A stretch of DNA of 64,000 bases from the human T2T-CHM13v2.0 reference genome, Homo sapiens, in NCBI RefSeq assembly GCF_009914755.1, contig NC_060934.1; one strand, 5' to 3'. The notes beneath the pieces were generated by a model. It was not told the origin of the DNA, ran no database searches, and was given only the letters and a program-made list of their open reading frames with translations. Positions within the stretch are counted from its first letter, which is position 1. The number at the start of each line of letters is the position of its first letter. A program made the position numbers and the translations under genes. Positions 1-14,850 of this stretch are shown here, one piece after another.

Positions 1-89
1 TGCATCTCTATGAATAAGGGAATGGTTACATAAGTAACAGTTTACCCATATCCTAGACATTCCTGCAGTTAGTAAACAGAATGATTCCA

Positions 90-790
<701 letters not shown>

Positions 791-1492
791 TACGTTTGTA
801 TATTTTTATAAGAAATATGTAGAAGAAACATTCTAGGCTGTTAGCAATGGTTACCTCAGAGGAACAGGAAATGGAATTGGGGAAGGAAGATGAGAAGAGG
901 GTAGGGAACAAGGAGTATTACCCTTGGGTTGATATAGCTATGCTTGTTTTACCTATTAACAAAATAAAGGAAAAATTCCCAAACTTTGGGGGATGGGGGG
1001 TTGTTTTGTTGTTCATTACTCCTACAGGACTCTTTTCAGACCTCCGATACATACTGCACAGGTCCCCCTGTCCCTTCACTATTAACATTTCTGCCTCCTT
1101 TATCAGATACGTGAGGCTGAGATTATGGCTTATTTCAAATAGAAACTTGTAGAATGACAAAATGAATGATTAGGTAATTGGATCAATACATCTTTTTCAT
1201 TTTACGGATCAACCACTAAACTCTGAGATGGGAGGATCAAATTATCAACTAGGAGAGAAACAGGGTTCAACCCAGATTTAAAAAATGAGCCACCAACAGA
1301 ACTTTTATTATCAAACATTGATTTCCCAAATGGAACAATGACTATAGAACTATTTTCTTCTTTAATTAAAAAAGTAACTATTAGAAAAAAAAGGAACTGC
1401 AATTTTACTCCTTTTTGCCTCCTCAAGTATCTTCTTCTCTGTAAACCTAAACACTGAAATCCTAGTGTAGGAAAAGAAAAGAAAACAAATAA

Positions 1493-1909
<417 letters not shown>

Positions 1910-2944
1910 TAAACGTTTTCCATAGAAAGCAAATATATTTCCCTCTCCATGATTTGGCTTAAGAGAGTGAATTCCTCAAGTTCATAACTCATGCTGCAAC
2001 TGAGAAAGTTCTGATTATCTGTTTAAATCGCTATACAACATATCATCATCAGCTAAGCAGATATTTTTTCACTTCAGCCACAAAGATGTCATGTTCTCCT
2101 TCAAAATGGCTCAGGACTCCTTATGGTGCTAGCAATTTAAGAAGACAGATCATGAAATTACATCCTTCAAATGGGGCAGATTTCCTAATTCTGCTTATAA
2201 CAAGCTGTGTATCCTGTGAGTATGAAATTTACTTGAGATCAGTCTAGACCCACCAGAGGAACTGAGGCATCTTTTGGGGAACTGGAAGTACTGTACACTT
2301 CTTAGCTATTTTTGTGTGTGAGAGAGTTCTGGGTATATGTGCACACATTTGTGAGGATTAAAAGTAGAAAGAAACAGCTATAACACCCCCGAAAACGATG
2401 ACAGCACTGAATTGAGAAGAATTGCCACTTTGCGTGATAGAGGCAGGCTGACCACACTTAAGCTCTACTCTGTCACCTTTGATAAGGCATTAAAGCCACC
2501 CCAAATATAAAGTGAACATGTACATTTCAGATGCAGCAGACAAGTTGCAAGTGGAAATGCTCAGATTTCTAACTATATAAACAGAGAAGCTCCGAGGAGA
2601 AGCGATCAGTACCCTCCACATTCAAATTCTGACATATTTTATAATTTCCCAGCAGCTCAGGGACCCTCTGTGTTGTGTTCATTTTTTTTCAAAGCTTTTA
2701 GCAATTCTTTTGACACCATTAAAACTTGCATGGTTATTGACCTTCAATGTACATTTTAACAGTATTTTGAAGATAAGCCCCAACTCAAAGACACAACTAA
2801 TGTGGGAATTTCAGGCACTGCTGTAGGCAAGGGGGACATTTAGTGTCTCCATGTACTATTCCTTAAATAGAATCACATGCACTGCCTTCTTCAACAGTCA
2901 GATTTCCAGGTGTCTACATGATGAAATGGAGAAACAGTATTCTA

Positions 2945-3255
2945 TTTTTTTTTTTTTTTTTTTTGGACAGGGTCTCACTCACTCTGTTGCTTAGGATAGA
3001 GTGCAGTGGTATAATCTCTGCTCACTACAATTTTCACCTCCTGGATTCAAGCAGTTCTCCTGTCTCAGCCTCCCAAGTAGCTGGGATTACAGCCATGCGC
3101 TACCATGCCCAGCTAATTTTTGTATTTTTAGTAGAGATGGGGTTTCACAATGTTGGCCAAGCTGGTATTGAACTCCTGAGCTCAAGTGATGTGCCCGCCT
3201 CAGCCTCCCAAAGTTCTGGGATTACAGGCATGACCCGTGAAAACCACGCCCAGCC
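2945..3255 (-). mobile_element. Alu (old S/J)
   Basis: Poly-T plus antisense Alu dimer. Confidence 0.92.
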
Positions 3256-4144
3256 TCTCTGGTTTCTTATAACCAGGTTTCATCCTGTTTGTGTGCTTAA
3301 GATATTTATAAGTTTTTTCTCTAAGAATAAAAGCCAAGAAAAATACAAAAATATACAAAAAGTATTACTTAAATATTCTTTTGTAAAGAAAGGCATAATC
3401 TCTTCTTCAAGGGCTGCAGTTGATGGCTAGGCTATGAAATTCTAGGATATTGCATAAGTCAAAAAAAAAATAAATGACATAGATAGTAGGTAAGTGTGAA
3501 AAGGCAAAAGGAGGAGGTAAAGCCATCAGTAATGTCACTACAGAATTCTTAGGATCTGAAAACTTACTACCTGACCATTAATAGGATTAGCATTAATAAA
3601 TATTATATGTAAATAAAACCCTAGATAACATTTTAATGTGTTAACACATTCAACTCAAACCTGTTTTTTCCCTGTTTCTTGCTTTTAAAAAAGGAAAGTG
3701 AAATACAAAACAAAATATCCTTAGCTCAGTGCTGGAAAATAGAGAACTAAATCCCCAGACAGCTGGAGAGAGGCCCCAAGGGGGAAGGAGGCAAGGACCC
3801 TCCACACTCAGCTAACTCTCACACCCTGACTGTGGGCCGCATTGCTCGGCATCATGAGTACCTTCCCCTAAGGCTTTTGAGTCTAATAAAATTATTAGTT
3901 GTTTTAAAAATTAGGTGTTCTTTTCATAAAGAGCAAGGTAGCCATAGTTAAACTATATTAAATTAAATGATGTTTGATATTGAGACCCGGCACACAGCAG
4001 GTGCTAAACAAGCATCTACCAAAGAAATCAACTGGGAATCAATGAAACTCAGACACTTTTCACATCAAACAACTGTACAGTTCTTTAAGTCTTGCTATAA
4101 AATATACGTACTAGTAGAGACTGGTTATTGTTTGTTCTTTTAGA

Positions 4145-4443
4145 TTACTTTATTTTATTAGATACGAGGTTTCACTTTGTCACTTTGGCTGGAATGCAGT
4201 GGTATGATCATAGCTCATTCCAGCCTTGAACTTCTGGGCTCAAGCAATCCTCCCACTTCAGCCTCCTGAGTAGCTGACACTACAGATGTACATCACCACG
4301 CCCTGCTAATTTCTAAACTTTTTTTGTAGAGACTGGCCCTTGCTATATTGCCCAGGCTGGTCTTGAACTCCTGGCCTCAAGCAATCCTCTGCCTCAACCT
4401 CTCAAAGTATTTGGATTACAGGCGTGAGCCGCTGTGCCTGGCC
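4145..4443 (-). mobile_element. AluJ
   Basis: Antisense Alu with J-type features (gatcatagctca, ctgggctcaagcaatcc). Confidence 0.9.
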
Positions 4444-4653
4444 TAGTTTTATTTTTATTAAAAAAAATGCATGTGAAAAAGTGGTTCTAATCTTCCTACT
4501 TTTTAATCCACAGTGAAATCTATTATGTCCATGTGTTTATAACTCAAATTACTGTTTACTTAATGAACATTTACACAAAATGAGTTTAACTTTCATAAGA
4601 ATATAAACCTCTTTCTGGAAGTTTTGTATTACATATTTTAAAAGTATATCAGA

Positions 4654-5062
<409 letters not shown>

Positions 5063-8000
5063 TTATATGTATTTAGATTTTAAAAACGGTCCTTACTAAT
5101 TAGGTCAAAGAAGCAGCAATATATTACCAAGAATCCTTTGTTTTGTCCCATCCTATACATTACAGAAAAAAGCTCGACAAAATAATCTGCGGCACAAATG
5201 CAATGCCACTATCACATTCACATCTGCAGAGTTCCTAGCTCCTAATGCAATGTCCTCCAACCTGGCCAGTTCGTAAGAAACAATCGTACTACATGTTAGT
5301 ACCACAGATTGCTGGGCTTCTGACTAGGCAGACCTGGAGTGAAACCTAAAAATCTGTTTTCACACTCTACCCAGGTGACTTTTTGACACATTTGAAAAAG
5401 TAATGTCTTGGTAGACTCTCATCCTGTACTTTGTCTTAAAAATTCAGAACCCAAATTGTTAAAAACATGACAACAGGACCCTATAAAAAATAAGAATGGT
5501 TTAATATAAGAAAAGCTTATTGGCAAAAATAAATATTCATTACTTTTATATGGTTTTGTTTTTTAAAAGGATATTCTAAATAACTCCACAGCTACAGAAT
5601 TGAGGGAGAAAAATGGCATAAGTTGCTGTAAAGTAAACAATAGAACATAAACATAAGAGCTTCTTACCTTTCAGGGTGATTCATAATGCCATAGACTATG
5701 AAAAGACCCTGAAATTCCTCTCTCCTCTCTCTTTTTAAAATCTGTTACTAAATTCTCACATACAAAAAGAGGATTAGAGGGAAAAGAGAAGTGAGTTCTG
5801 AAATAGGCAGTTTTGGCCAGGAGGAAGATTGAACTTTACACTTACTGAAGGTCTATTTTGTATCAGGTCAATTATCATTTGGCCCACACAGCATTTTGGT
5901 AAAATAGGTGTCTGAAGTTCAGAGAGGTGAAGTGACTTGTCCAGATGGATTTAGCTCGTCAGTTTTAGAGCTTAGAACCTAGGTCTAGGAAAGGGGTGTT
6001 GGAAAGAGATGAAGTCACACAGACATGGACTTCAACCACTCTTTAACAGTGTCTTTGCAGACTACCTCACACGAGTGGTGGTTGATAAACGGATGAGTAA
6101 TGAATAGATTTGCAAATGCCGTGGTCGAAAAGGTGACCTGACTTCTCATTGACCCATCTAAGCAGCAGGCCTGATTACAGAGCCACTAATGTTCTATAGC
6201 CTTCTTGCCTCATAGATAAATGATAAATTTCTTAAGCACCTTGTAACTCAGTTTATTTGTAAAAGGTGGGACAGCATTCTCTGTGACTGAGGCTTTGTTA
6301 CAAACAACAAGAATCATAAAATGCTTTGCAAATATAAATGGTTATGGAGACCATAATACAATGAAGCATAAATAACATGACTGAAATCATGTTCTGACTA
6401 AATGGGTTACTCTTAACGCTTTCAAATGACCATCTTGATTAGTTTTTGCCTCACTCTTATGGGCACACAATTAAATGTCTCGATCACTTCGTTAAATGGG
6501 GACACAGCTCTGTTTCCTGTATCAATTTAGATTTCAAAGGCTATTTGTGACCTGGTCAGGGTGGAGTGTGAATAGTCCATGGAAGGAATACAAATGGCCT
6601 CAAGGTTTCCCAGAGGATGATTTGTGTATCAGGGTTAATTTCTAGTCAGGTGCAGGCTTTTCTCAGCTCCTCTAAGAATGGGGTATTTGATATTGAGAGG
6701 TGAAAAAGTAAAGGATTTTTAGAATGTTAGATTTCAAAAAGCAAGTTATGGGGTCTGTGGTAAGTCACTGTAGACAGGTGCCCAGGGTTGAAATATAGCT
6801 CTATAGTCAGTGCACCTGGACCTCAGGCAAGTTCCTGAACTTCTCTGAGCCATATGTTCCTCATCTATGTGATTAGGATGAGCAGTTTCCTCTGGGATGG
6901 ATATGACAAAAAAAAATGACAGAAAACCACCCAGCACAATTCTGTTCACATAATAACTTAGAAGAGTTATATATTCTTTTCGAGGTCACACAGCTTTTGA
7001 GGGCAGCCAGAGAGTCAATCTGTAGCAGATCTAAGAAAATACACAAGTTATATTTTAAAAATAATTCTCTACAAAATATAAATATGAATTGCTATCATTT
7101 CCATTTCATTCCATTAAAGAAAATCACCAATTACTGAAAATTAAATATCAAATAAGTTGGGAGAAATGAAGAAAATAAAAAATAAATCTATAATATTCAA
7201 CTCTAGTTATAGAATATGTAGAACAACATAGCATTGTAATATATTTACTGAACTAGTTTAGAAAACTACAGGCATTTATCCCTTTGGAATTAAAGTTCAG
7301 CTCCATCAAAATACACAAATTTCATAATAAGTTCACATAAGATGTTATAGGGAAAAATCCTCAAATGATATAACTTGATCCTTCTTCCTTGAAGTTAACA
7401 TCATAGAGATCTTTTCAATGTTTTAAAAAACATTTATTTTAAAATAATTATAAATTCATGGGGCATGGCAAAGATAGTACGAAAGGCTCCATGCACCTTT
7501 TATAATTTTAGTGTTTAACTCATATTCTTATCCAATTCTGTCATCTGGTTTATATATATTTGGGTCAGCATTATTTCACATCTTTATTCAGGGTAGAGAT
7601 CCTCTTTGCTGTTTAGATTTGCACGTGTAATAAGTGCTGATGATGCAGAATGTCTGGAAACAATGATATACCTGCTTGTTTTTCCCTCCAGTTTTAGCAG
7701 TCTATTAATATAATTTCTGACAATCATATATTTTTAAAGCTATTTTTAGAAGATTAATTTTTAATCATTATGTGCTTATGAGATATTACTTTAAAAATCA
7801 GGGACAAATGTGACCATTTTTTGAACTCTACCTTCAGTGTTGACATTTAAGATTACTTTGTACTCTGTGTGTAGAATGACCATAACCTGCCCCAGAGCCT
7901 TCCCCAGGCCCCAGACTTCCTCTCTCCATTTGGTGTAGCCTCCCTTCTTCCAGAAAGTTTTTCTCTCTCTTGGGTATGGGTCACTGGATTGAGAAAAAGT

Positions 8001-8990
8001 GTCACCAGCAGGGGGGCATATGCCTGACACAAGTCATTCATTTCTCCGTTCATGCAACAGACTATGATGAACTGACAACTCTGTATCAAGAGTTGTTATA
8101 TGCAGTGGGCATAATGGCTGTCAACAAGTCAGAGTTGGTCTCTGCCCTCTTGGACTTTTGCAGTGCACCAAGGAAGATATCAAAGTTCAAAGTTGCAGTT
8201 ATGGTACTGTGGGTGTATTTACCAGTTTGATCTGAGTCTGGGGATTAGGGAGGGCTTCCTGGAGGAAGAGAAGTAGGGGACGTCTGGCCACACTGGAATA
8301 ATCCTTCTAAGGTTTTCTTCCATGACTGCAGATTAAGAGACTTACATTTGTTTACTTTTCCATTTGTGCAAATAAAAACATGGTTTCAGGCAATTAGTCC
8401 CTATATGTCACTTTTTTCACCCCATTGTTTAAGCCATTACTGTTACATCTAAGGGAAAAATCAATTAATATGATTCTATCTTCAAAATCCAGGATCATAA
8501 ATAGTGTCTTAAACACAATGAATCAATAACCTCGCATGAGCAGCAAATACAGAACACACTAAACTCCAAAAGCTTAGACCTGCAGTTTCTGGCACACTGG
8601 TCTCTCTGTTCACATCAACACTAAAGGTAGTGGAGGCTGATGTCCAACCTCGTGGACCTGCTTCACTGCCCTCAGAGGGCTAAAAGCTCTACTGTGCCTG
8701 ATATGGGGGGTGGGGGGCAGGATGGCTTATGTCATTATTTTGATCCACTAATGTTTCATAAAGACATGTAATTTCTGGCAAATCCATATATGCAAATGCA
8801 TTAAAAACTTGTCCTTATTAATGCTTATTTGCTTTGTCCTAATTTTCATTTCTAAACTAGAATTTTTATTTCTACTAGTTTGGGGGACTGTTCTGCTACA
8901 GTTTCCTTTCCTTTCCAACACGATGGACATCATTCAATTGATTTAAAATGCCAGTTTATGGCAATAGGCTGAAAGTCAGTATTTTGCTAT

Positions 8991-8992
<2 letters not shown>

Positions 8993-9048
<56 letters not shown>
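8993..9048. repeat. Poly(T)56 homopolymer
   Basis: Uninterrupted run of T. Confidence 0.97.
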
Positions 9049-9050
<2 letters not shown>

Positions 9051-9647
9051 ACCCAAACCACAGTCCTGATTTGGTTAAATTCTATTTTTATTCTCTCCTT
9101 GGGAATTTTTCAAAACTGTTACTAGATTTCTCCAGCAGATGGTGCTGTGCACAACATAAAGCTACACATTTCACATCAGTGCTCAACTGCTTCTACAATG
9201 ACTTAACACTATTGGTCTCATGGCAAAAACAATTAAATTATATTGAAATGAACCCAATTGGCAACTTCTGAGAAGTCTGTTTCTAAGATACTGTTTATGT
9301 AGTCAGACAGTAAATTTAAAAAATTTTCTGTTACATAGCAAGTACCAATTTCCCTTTCCTGTTTACAATAAAACAATAGTGTAATTATTCAATCTAAAAT
9401 GTATTATCTTAAAAACTTCATTTGCTCTCATTTGAAAGTTCAGCAATGACAAGAAAATATGTTCCTAGCATTGTAAAATTGTTTGGGGGAACTTCAGCAA
9501 CATTTTGTTCCAAGACAGCGATTGGGATTTTTAAATAATGGCATAATTCATATATACTCAAAGCCTTCCGTGTAATACTTAGGTAGCAACAATTTTTGTG
9601 TTAAAACAAAATAGATATGTAAAACAAAGCATACACACTGTCCAGAG

Positions 9648-10064
9648 AGGCACTGTCCAGTAAAAATATAATGTAAACTGGGTATGTAATTTTAAATTTC
9701 CTATAGCCACACTAAAAAATAAAAATAAACAGGTGAAATTAATTTTTTATTTGTTTTTTAGAGATGGAGTCTATGTTGCCCAGGCTGAGCTCCTGAAATC
9801 TTGACCTCAAGCAATCCCCCCACCTCAGCCTCCTGAGTAGCTGGGATTATAGGTACATTTTATTTAGATTAATATATCCAAAATATTACCATTTCAATGT
9901 GTAACCAATGTAAAAATTAATAATGAGATATGTATTTGGAGGAGGGTACTCATCCTCGCGTATCTGGTGTATTTTACATTTGCAGCATATTTCCATTTGT
10001 ACTAATTTTATTTCAAGTGCTCTGTTGTTCCCTGGAGCTAGTGGCTACTGTATGGGACAGGGCA
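9648..10064. mobile_element. MER33-like hAT DNA transposon, interrupted by a short antisense Alu fragment (~9745-9855)
   Basis: cactgtccagtaaaaatataatg start and gctagtggctactgtatgggacagggcag end. Confidence 0.7.
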
Positions 10065-11731
10065 GGACTAGAACATTTCTGGAGCTTTTGGTTTGTAAAT
10101 TAAGGACCTCTTCTACTAGAAAATTCCAGATCCAAGATAACAGCAAACTACAAAACACTCTTTGGGGTCTGACTTTGGAGATGTAACTTTAAACATGTTT
10201 AATTAAACTTTGTGAGTTTAATTAAAGGAAGGTTTTCATTAAACTTAAAAAGTTAATTCAGTTCGCTGTGTTATAATTTGGTGGGGGGAATGAATGTTTG
10301 TTTTCTGTTTGCAGCATCTTTTTCTTGGCTGAGAAAACAAAAATTGACAAAGACTAGAACAAAATCTATGTCTGCTGCCAAAGTTAAAGTTGTTCTTGTT
10401 GCATGATACCTTAGTGGTGATGGCAAGTTCTTCACACCCAGACCAACTGTCCTTTCTGTGATTCTAGCCTCTTCAATAGACCTTTGCTAATACACCTACT
10501 TCGTTAGCAAAACCACTGATATTTCAGTCCCTGGGCTTGCTGGTGATAAGGAGTAACTTTTAATTCCCCCTTATTTTGCAGCTACAGTTTTTCCTGAATA
10601 CATACCATATTTTTTGTGTCATACAAAGAAACTAAGAGGTGTCTTCATTAGTAATGGACAACTTAAATACCAGCTGACATATATGTGGCTCTTTTGTTCT
10701 ACACAAAGCACTTTCACAGGCATCATTCATTTGAGAGCATACAGAGGCAAAGGAGCAGTGCAGAGAGACAACTAGGTGTGGAGTCAGAAGTCCAGGTTTG
10801 GAAGACTAAATCTATTTACTGTTTCCGGGTGGTGGCGATGTTGAGTGTGTGTCATCATAATCAACGATGACCAGGGCTTTTACTAGCTGATGTAGTGTCT
10901 TTGTACGATTTGGAAAAGGGTGCCCACTTGGGGTGTATACAACCTTGTAGGTACACAGGTTGGCAACTAGATAGCAGCTTTGAGCAAATTAGAAGAAAGT
11001 ACCCCTATGTCTTACAGGCCAGTGTCAGGGCAGATGGCTTGACAAGTGAAAAGGGCAAGATTTCAGACCCCATTTGCTCTCCTGCACAACTTACACGGCA
11101 GTTGTGACTATGACTAAACACTGATTGAGTGATTCTCATATATCAGGCATCAAGCTAGGAGCTTTACATATATTAGCTCATCTATTCCTTATTAGTTCAC
11201 TATTAGGCATCCTCACTTTACACATTTAAACCAAGGCTCAGAGATTGAGTGCTTCATTACGGTCACACAACGAGTAAGCGGTGGAGCCAAGATGAGAAGT
11301 CTAGTCTGTGTAACTTCCATAAATCATGATCCCAACCACCACATTACATGGGGCAAATTATCCTGCTCCTTAAACTTCTCTTTCCCAGGAGTTATTCTAC
11401 TAGTTAAATTTGATTGCGTACATGGAAAGGCTTCACACATTTTAACACACTATAGGAACATAAACTGATATTTACAATTGTGTTAATAAATCAGAATATT
11501 TGCTAAGATGATTTTTAAATACTTGAGTTTTAAGATTTTCAGAGAAGAACCTACAACAGGACTGGTTATAAAAGTGGCATGTAGATTGGTTATAAAGTAG
11601 CACATAGAATTCATCTATGGAGAAGGGGGTTGAAAAAGTAAACATTTATAACAAGACAGACATTATCAAGGGTCACTTGCCACAGATGACAGATAAAGCT
11701 TAATTGTTATGAAATTAATACGTTATATTAA

Positions 11732-12043
<312 letters not shown>

Positions 12044-12683
12044 TATTTGTCTTTTTTAAGGAAACCCTGAGTGACCTGGTCACTGGTTTAATTCAGGAAC
12101 TATTTTTATCTTGTTAATTAACAGTTATTCAGTAGCAAAATGGGAGGGGAACAGAGAGGATAAAAGAACATAAAAAACATGAAACCTCCTAAACTGTGCT
12201 TATGCTTCTCTCTGAACTAGAACTTTGAACAGTTGTCCCTTCAAGGAAGAAGTTGGCTTTTTAAAAAGACAGATTTGGGTTTTTTTTTTGGGTGGTCTGC
12301 TTTTGAAGAGAGGAAAGTTCTGGTAAGAATGAAGTGTTTTTGGGGATATGAAAAGAGTGGCGAGAAGGGTTCGAGTTTGGCATACAATTTGATTAACTGA
12401 GCTTCAATTATAAAATGTGTGTAGTGGTTGCTTCATTACTATTAAGTTTAATACATGAAGAAAATCTGTGCCTTGAAAATTCCATCCTCATTTTTGCTCT
12501 AGTGGACTCCAGTACTTGATTCTTTAAGCCTGGAAGTATATGCATTTCCTTTGAATTGTCTAAAATGGAACCAAAGTTTATCTGGTCTTTAAAAATGTGG
12601 CAAGGAAATGCTATCCAGTTTTTCCAAAATAACACATAGAATCCAAGACAGAAGATTACATCATTGTTTCTTTACACCTTGGA

Positions 12684-13004
12684 AAACTATGCAGCCATAA
12701 AAAAGAATGAGATCCTGTCTTTTGCAGGAACATGGATGGAGCTGGAGGCCATTATCCTTAGCAAACTAATGCAGGAACAGAAAACCAAATACTGCATATT
12801 CTCACTTATAAGTGGGAGCTAAATGAGAACTTGTGGACACAAAGACAACAGACACTGGGGCCTACTTGAAGGTGGAGGGTAGGAGGAGTGAGAGGATCAC
12901 AAAAAGTAACTAGTAGGTACTAGGCTTTGAACCTGGGTGAAAGAATAATTTGTATAATAAACACCTGCAATACAAGTTTACCTATATAACAAACCTACAC
13001 GTGT
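12684..13004 (+). mobile_element. L1PA/PB 3' fragment
   Basis: actatgcagccataaaaaagaatgagatc...ctcacttataagtgggagc. Confidence 0.88.
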
Positions 13005-13044
13005 AGGTTTGAGTTTGGCACTCAATCTCTCTGAGCCTTAGTTT

Positions 13045-13222
13045 AGGCTGAGGGAGGAGAATTGCTTGAACCCAGGAGGCGGACGTTGCAGTGAGCTGAG
13101 ATTGTGCCACGGCACTCCAGCCTGGGTGACAGAGTGAGACTCCATCTCAAAAAAAAAAAAAAAAAAAAGAAACAAAGAAAGAAAGAAAAGAAAAGAAAAG
13201 AAAAGAAAAGAAAAGAAAAGAA
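13045..13222 (+). mobile_element. 5'-truncated Alu (right arm) with A/(GAAAA)n tail
   Basis: Starts at aggctgagg; ends in poly-A and a GAAAA microsatellite. Confidence 0.9.
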
Positions 13223-14695
13223 GTAGACCTACATTTGGACCCCAGCCTTACTACTCAGTGGAATAACCTTAGATATGTTACTTGACATCTCTGAACTTCA
13301 GTTTCCTTATAAGTGGAATTAAAACCACCTGATTAGCACCCTTATCAGTAAAGTGGAATTAAAACCACCTGATTTGCAGTGCTATCCTTTCTTTTTAAAT
13401 TTTTCACATATGAAGGCATTTATCAGTGCTTCATGAATGCTAGACACTCAACAATTACTATTCTCCCTCTACCTTGCTGTAAAGACATCTTTAAATTCAT
13501 GGTTGGTGGCGATTGTGTCTTATACCAAACCTTTGGCATGACAATTTTTTCTACAGAACAAATATAATGGTGATAATAACTCATAATTATCAAGGGCTTA
13601 CTATGTAACAAGGACTGTATTTCACATGCGCCTCACATAATTATTTTATTTATTCTCAACAATAACCATAGGAAGTTAGGAAGGTAATCTCCATTTTGCA
13701 GAAGAAAGACAGGCTCACAGAGTTCAATAAATTTGCCCAAGGTCATTCCTCAAGTACCCTACGGTTCACCTCGCTCCTTTGTTCACACCTTGAAACTCAC
13801 TGGAGACTATGCTGAGTGCATTCCAAAAGTCAGTGAATTGAAAAAGAGTGGATCTTATGGAATATGAATTATATCTCGAATAAAGCTGTTGTTTAAATAA
13901 TTCCTGGATTTGGAGTGATTAGGAAGTGAGTATAAAGGAAGAATTAGCTCTGATATTTTTCTCTCAGCATCAGACGTTATGGTGAGCCTGTTCTCTAATT
14001 TTTTTTTTTTTACATTTTTAAAGGAAAACTCTGCGTCAAACACCTATTCTCAAAACCAGACTATTCCCAATGTCTACTAAGAAAAATTGCTCTGGTTCTT
14101 AGGGTCAGACAGCCTGAAGAAGTTGTGTATGAAAAAGTGACATGCTCAGATATATACCAGTCTTACTAGGTCAAAGAATGAGACATTGAAACAACACAGA
14201 CCCCAATAATTACCCTGAAACATTTTTTAAAGACTAATTATGGCCCAAGAGAAATCAAAAATTTATGAAGGATACTGAAATTATCTGGGAGAAACTTGAA
14301 AAAGCTGAAAGAGTCCAGAAATAATTCCAAAAATAAAATGTGAACATATTTTCTTCAAAATGCTCAGCATGCCTTGCATACTTTCCATTATTATTTCACC
14401 CTCTTCTTGCTCATTTTTGACTTAGAAAACTTTCTTTGGTATTGGAAAGATTGATGTATGTGATTAAAGATGGAATCATCAAAATACTTATACTTCTATA
14501 TTACGGAGAATAAAGTTTGTTAGATTAAATGGAACTTCAGCATTATGATATAGAAAACAGCAACAAAAGCTGAAGAACTTGGGTCCTAGCTTAAAATACA
14601 AATGTGTGAAATTCAGGTCCTGTTTCATGTAATCTAGTCATTCCTTTAATTTCTGCCTGCAGACATTTACAGAACCAAGGAGCCATCATTATTAC

Positions 14696-14850
14696 CTTCA
14701 TCCATGCCATTAAGTAACTCGGTTAAATCTTCATTTTTGCTGTCAAACTGATGCTCCTTCCAAGTTTCACCATTTTCACTTCGAAGAACAATGAGTTCTC
14801 TCTCTTTTCCTCTCATGGACCCAAAGTGAGGGATTTCCACTATGACAGGG
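14696..14850 (-). CDS. ANK3: ANK3 core exon, 155 nt, ZU5-1 C-terminal part: [51 protein letters not shown]
   Basis: Acceptor ttttccag|CCCTG and donor GAAG|gtaata; phase 2 in, phase 1 out. Overlaps ORF 14667..14867. Confidence 0.98.

Noticed and set aside
5668-5708. Candidate cryptic - strand exon with donor AAG|GTAAGA
   Set aside because: The available acceptors are weak and give 28 or 41 nt (frameshifting), with no recognisable peptide.
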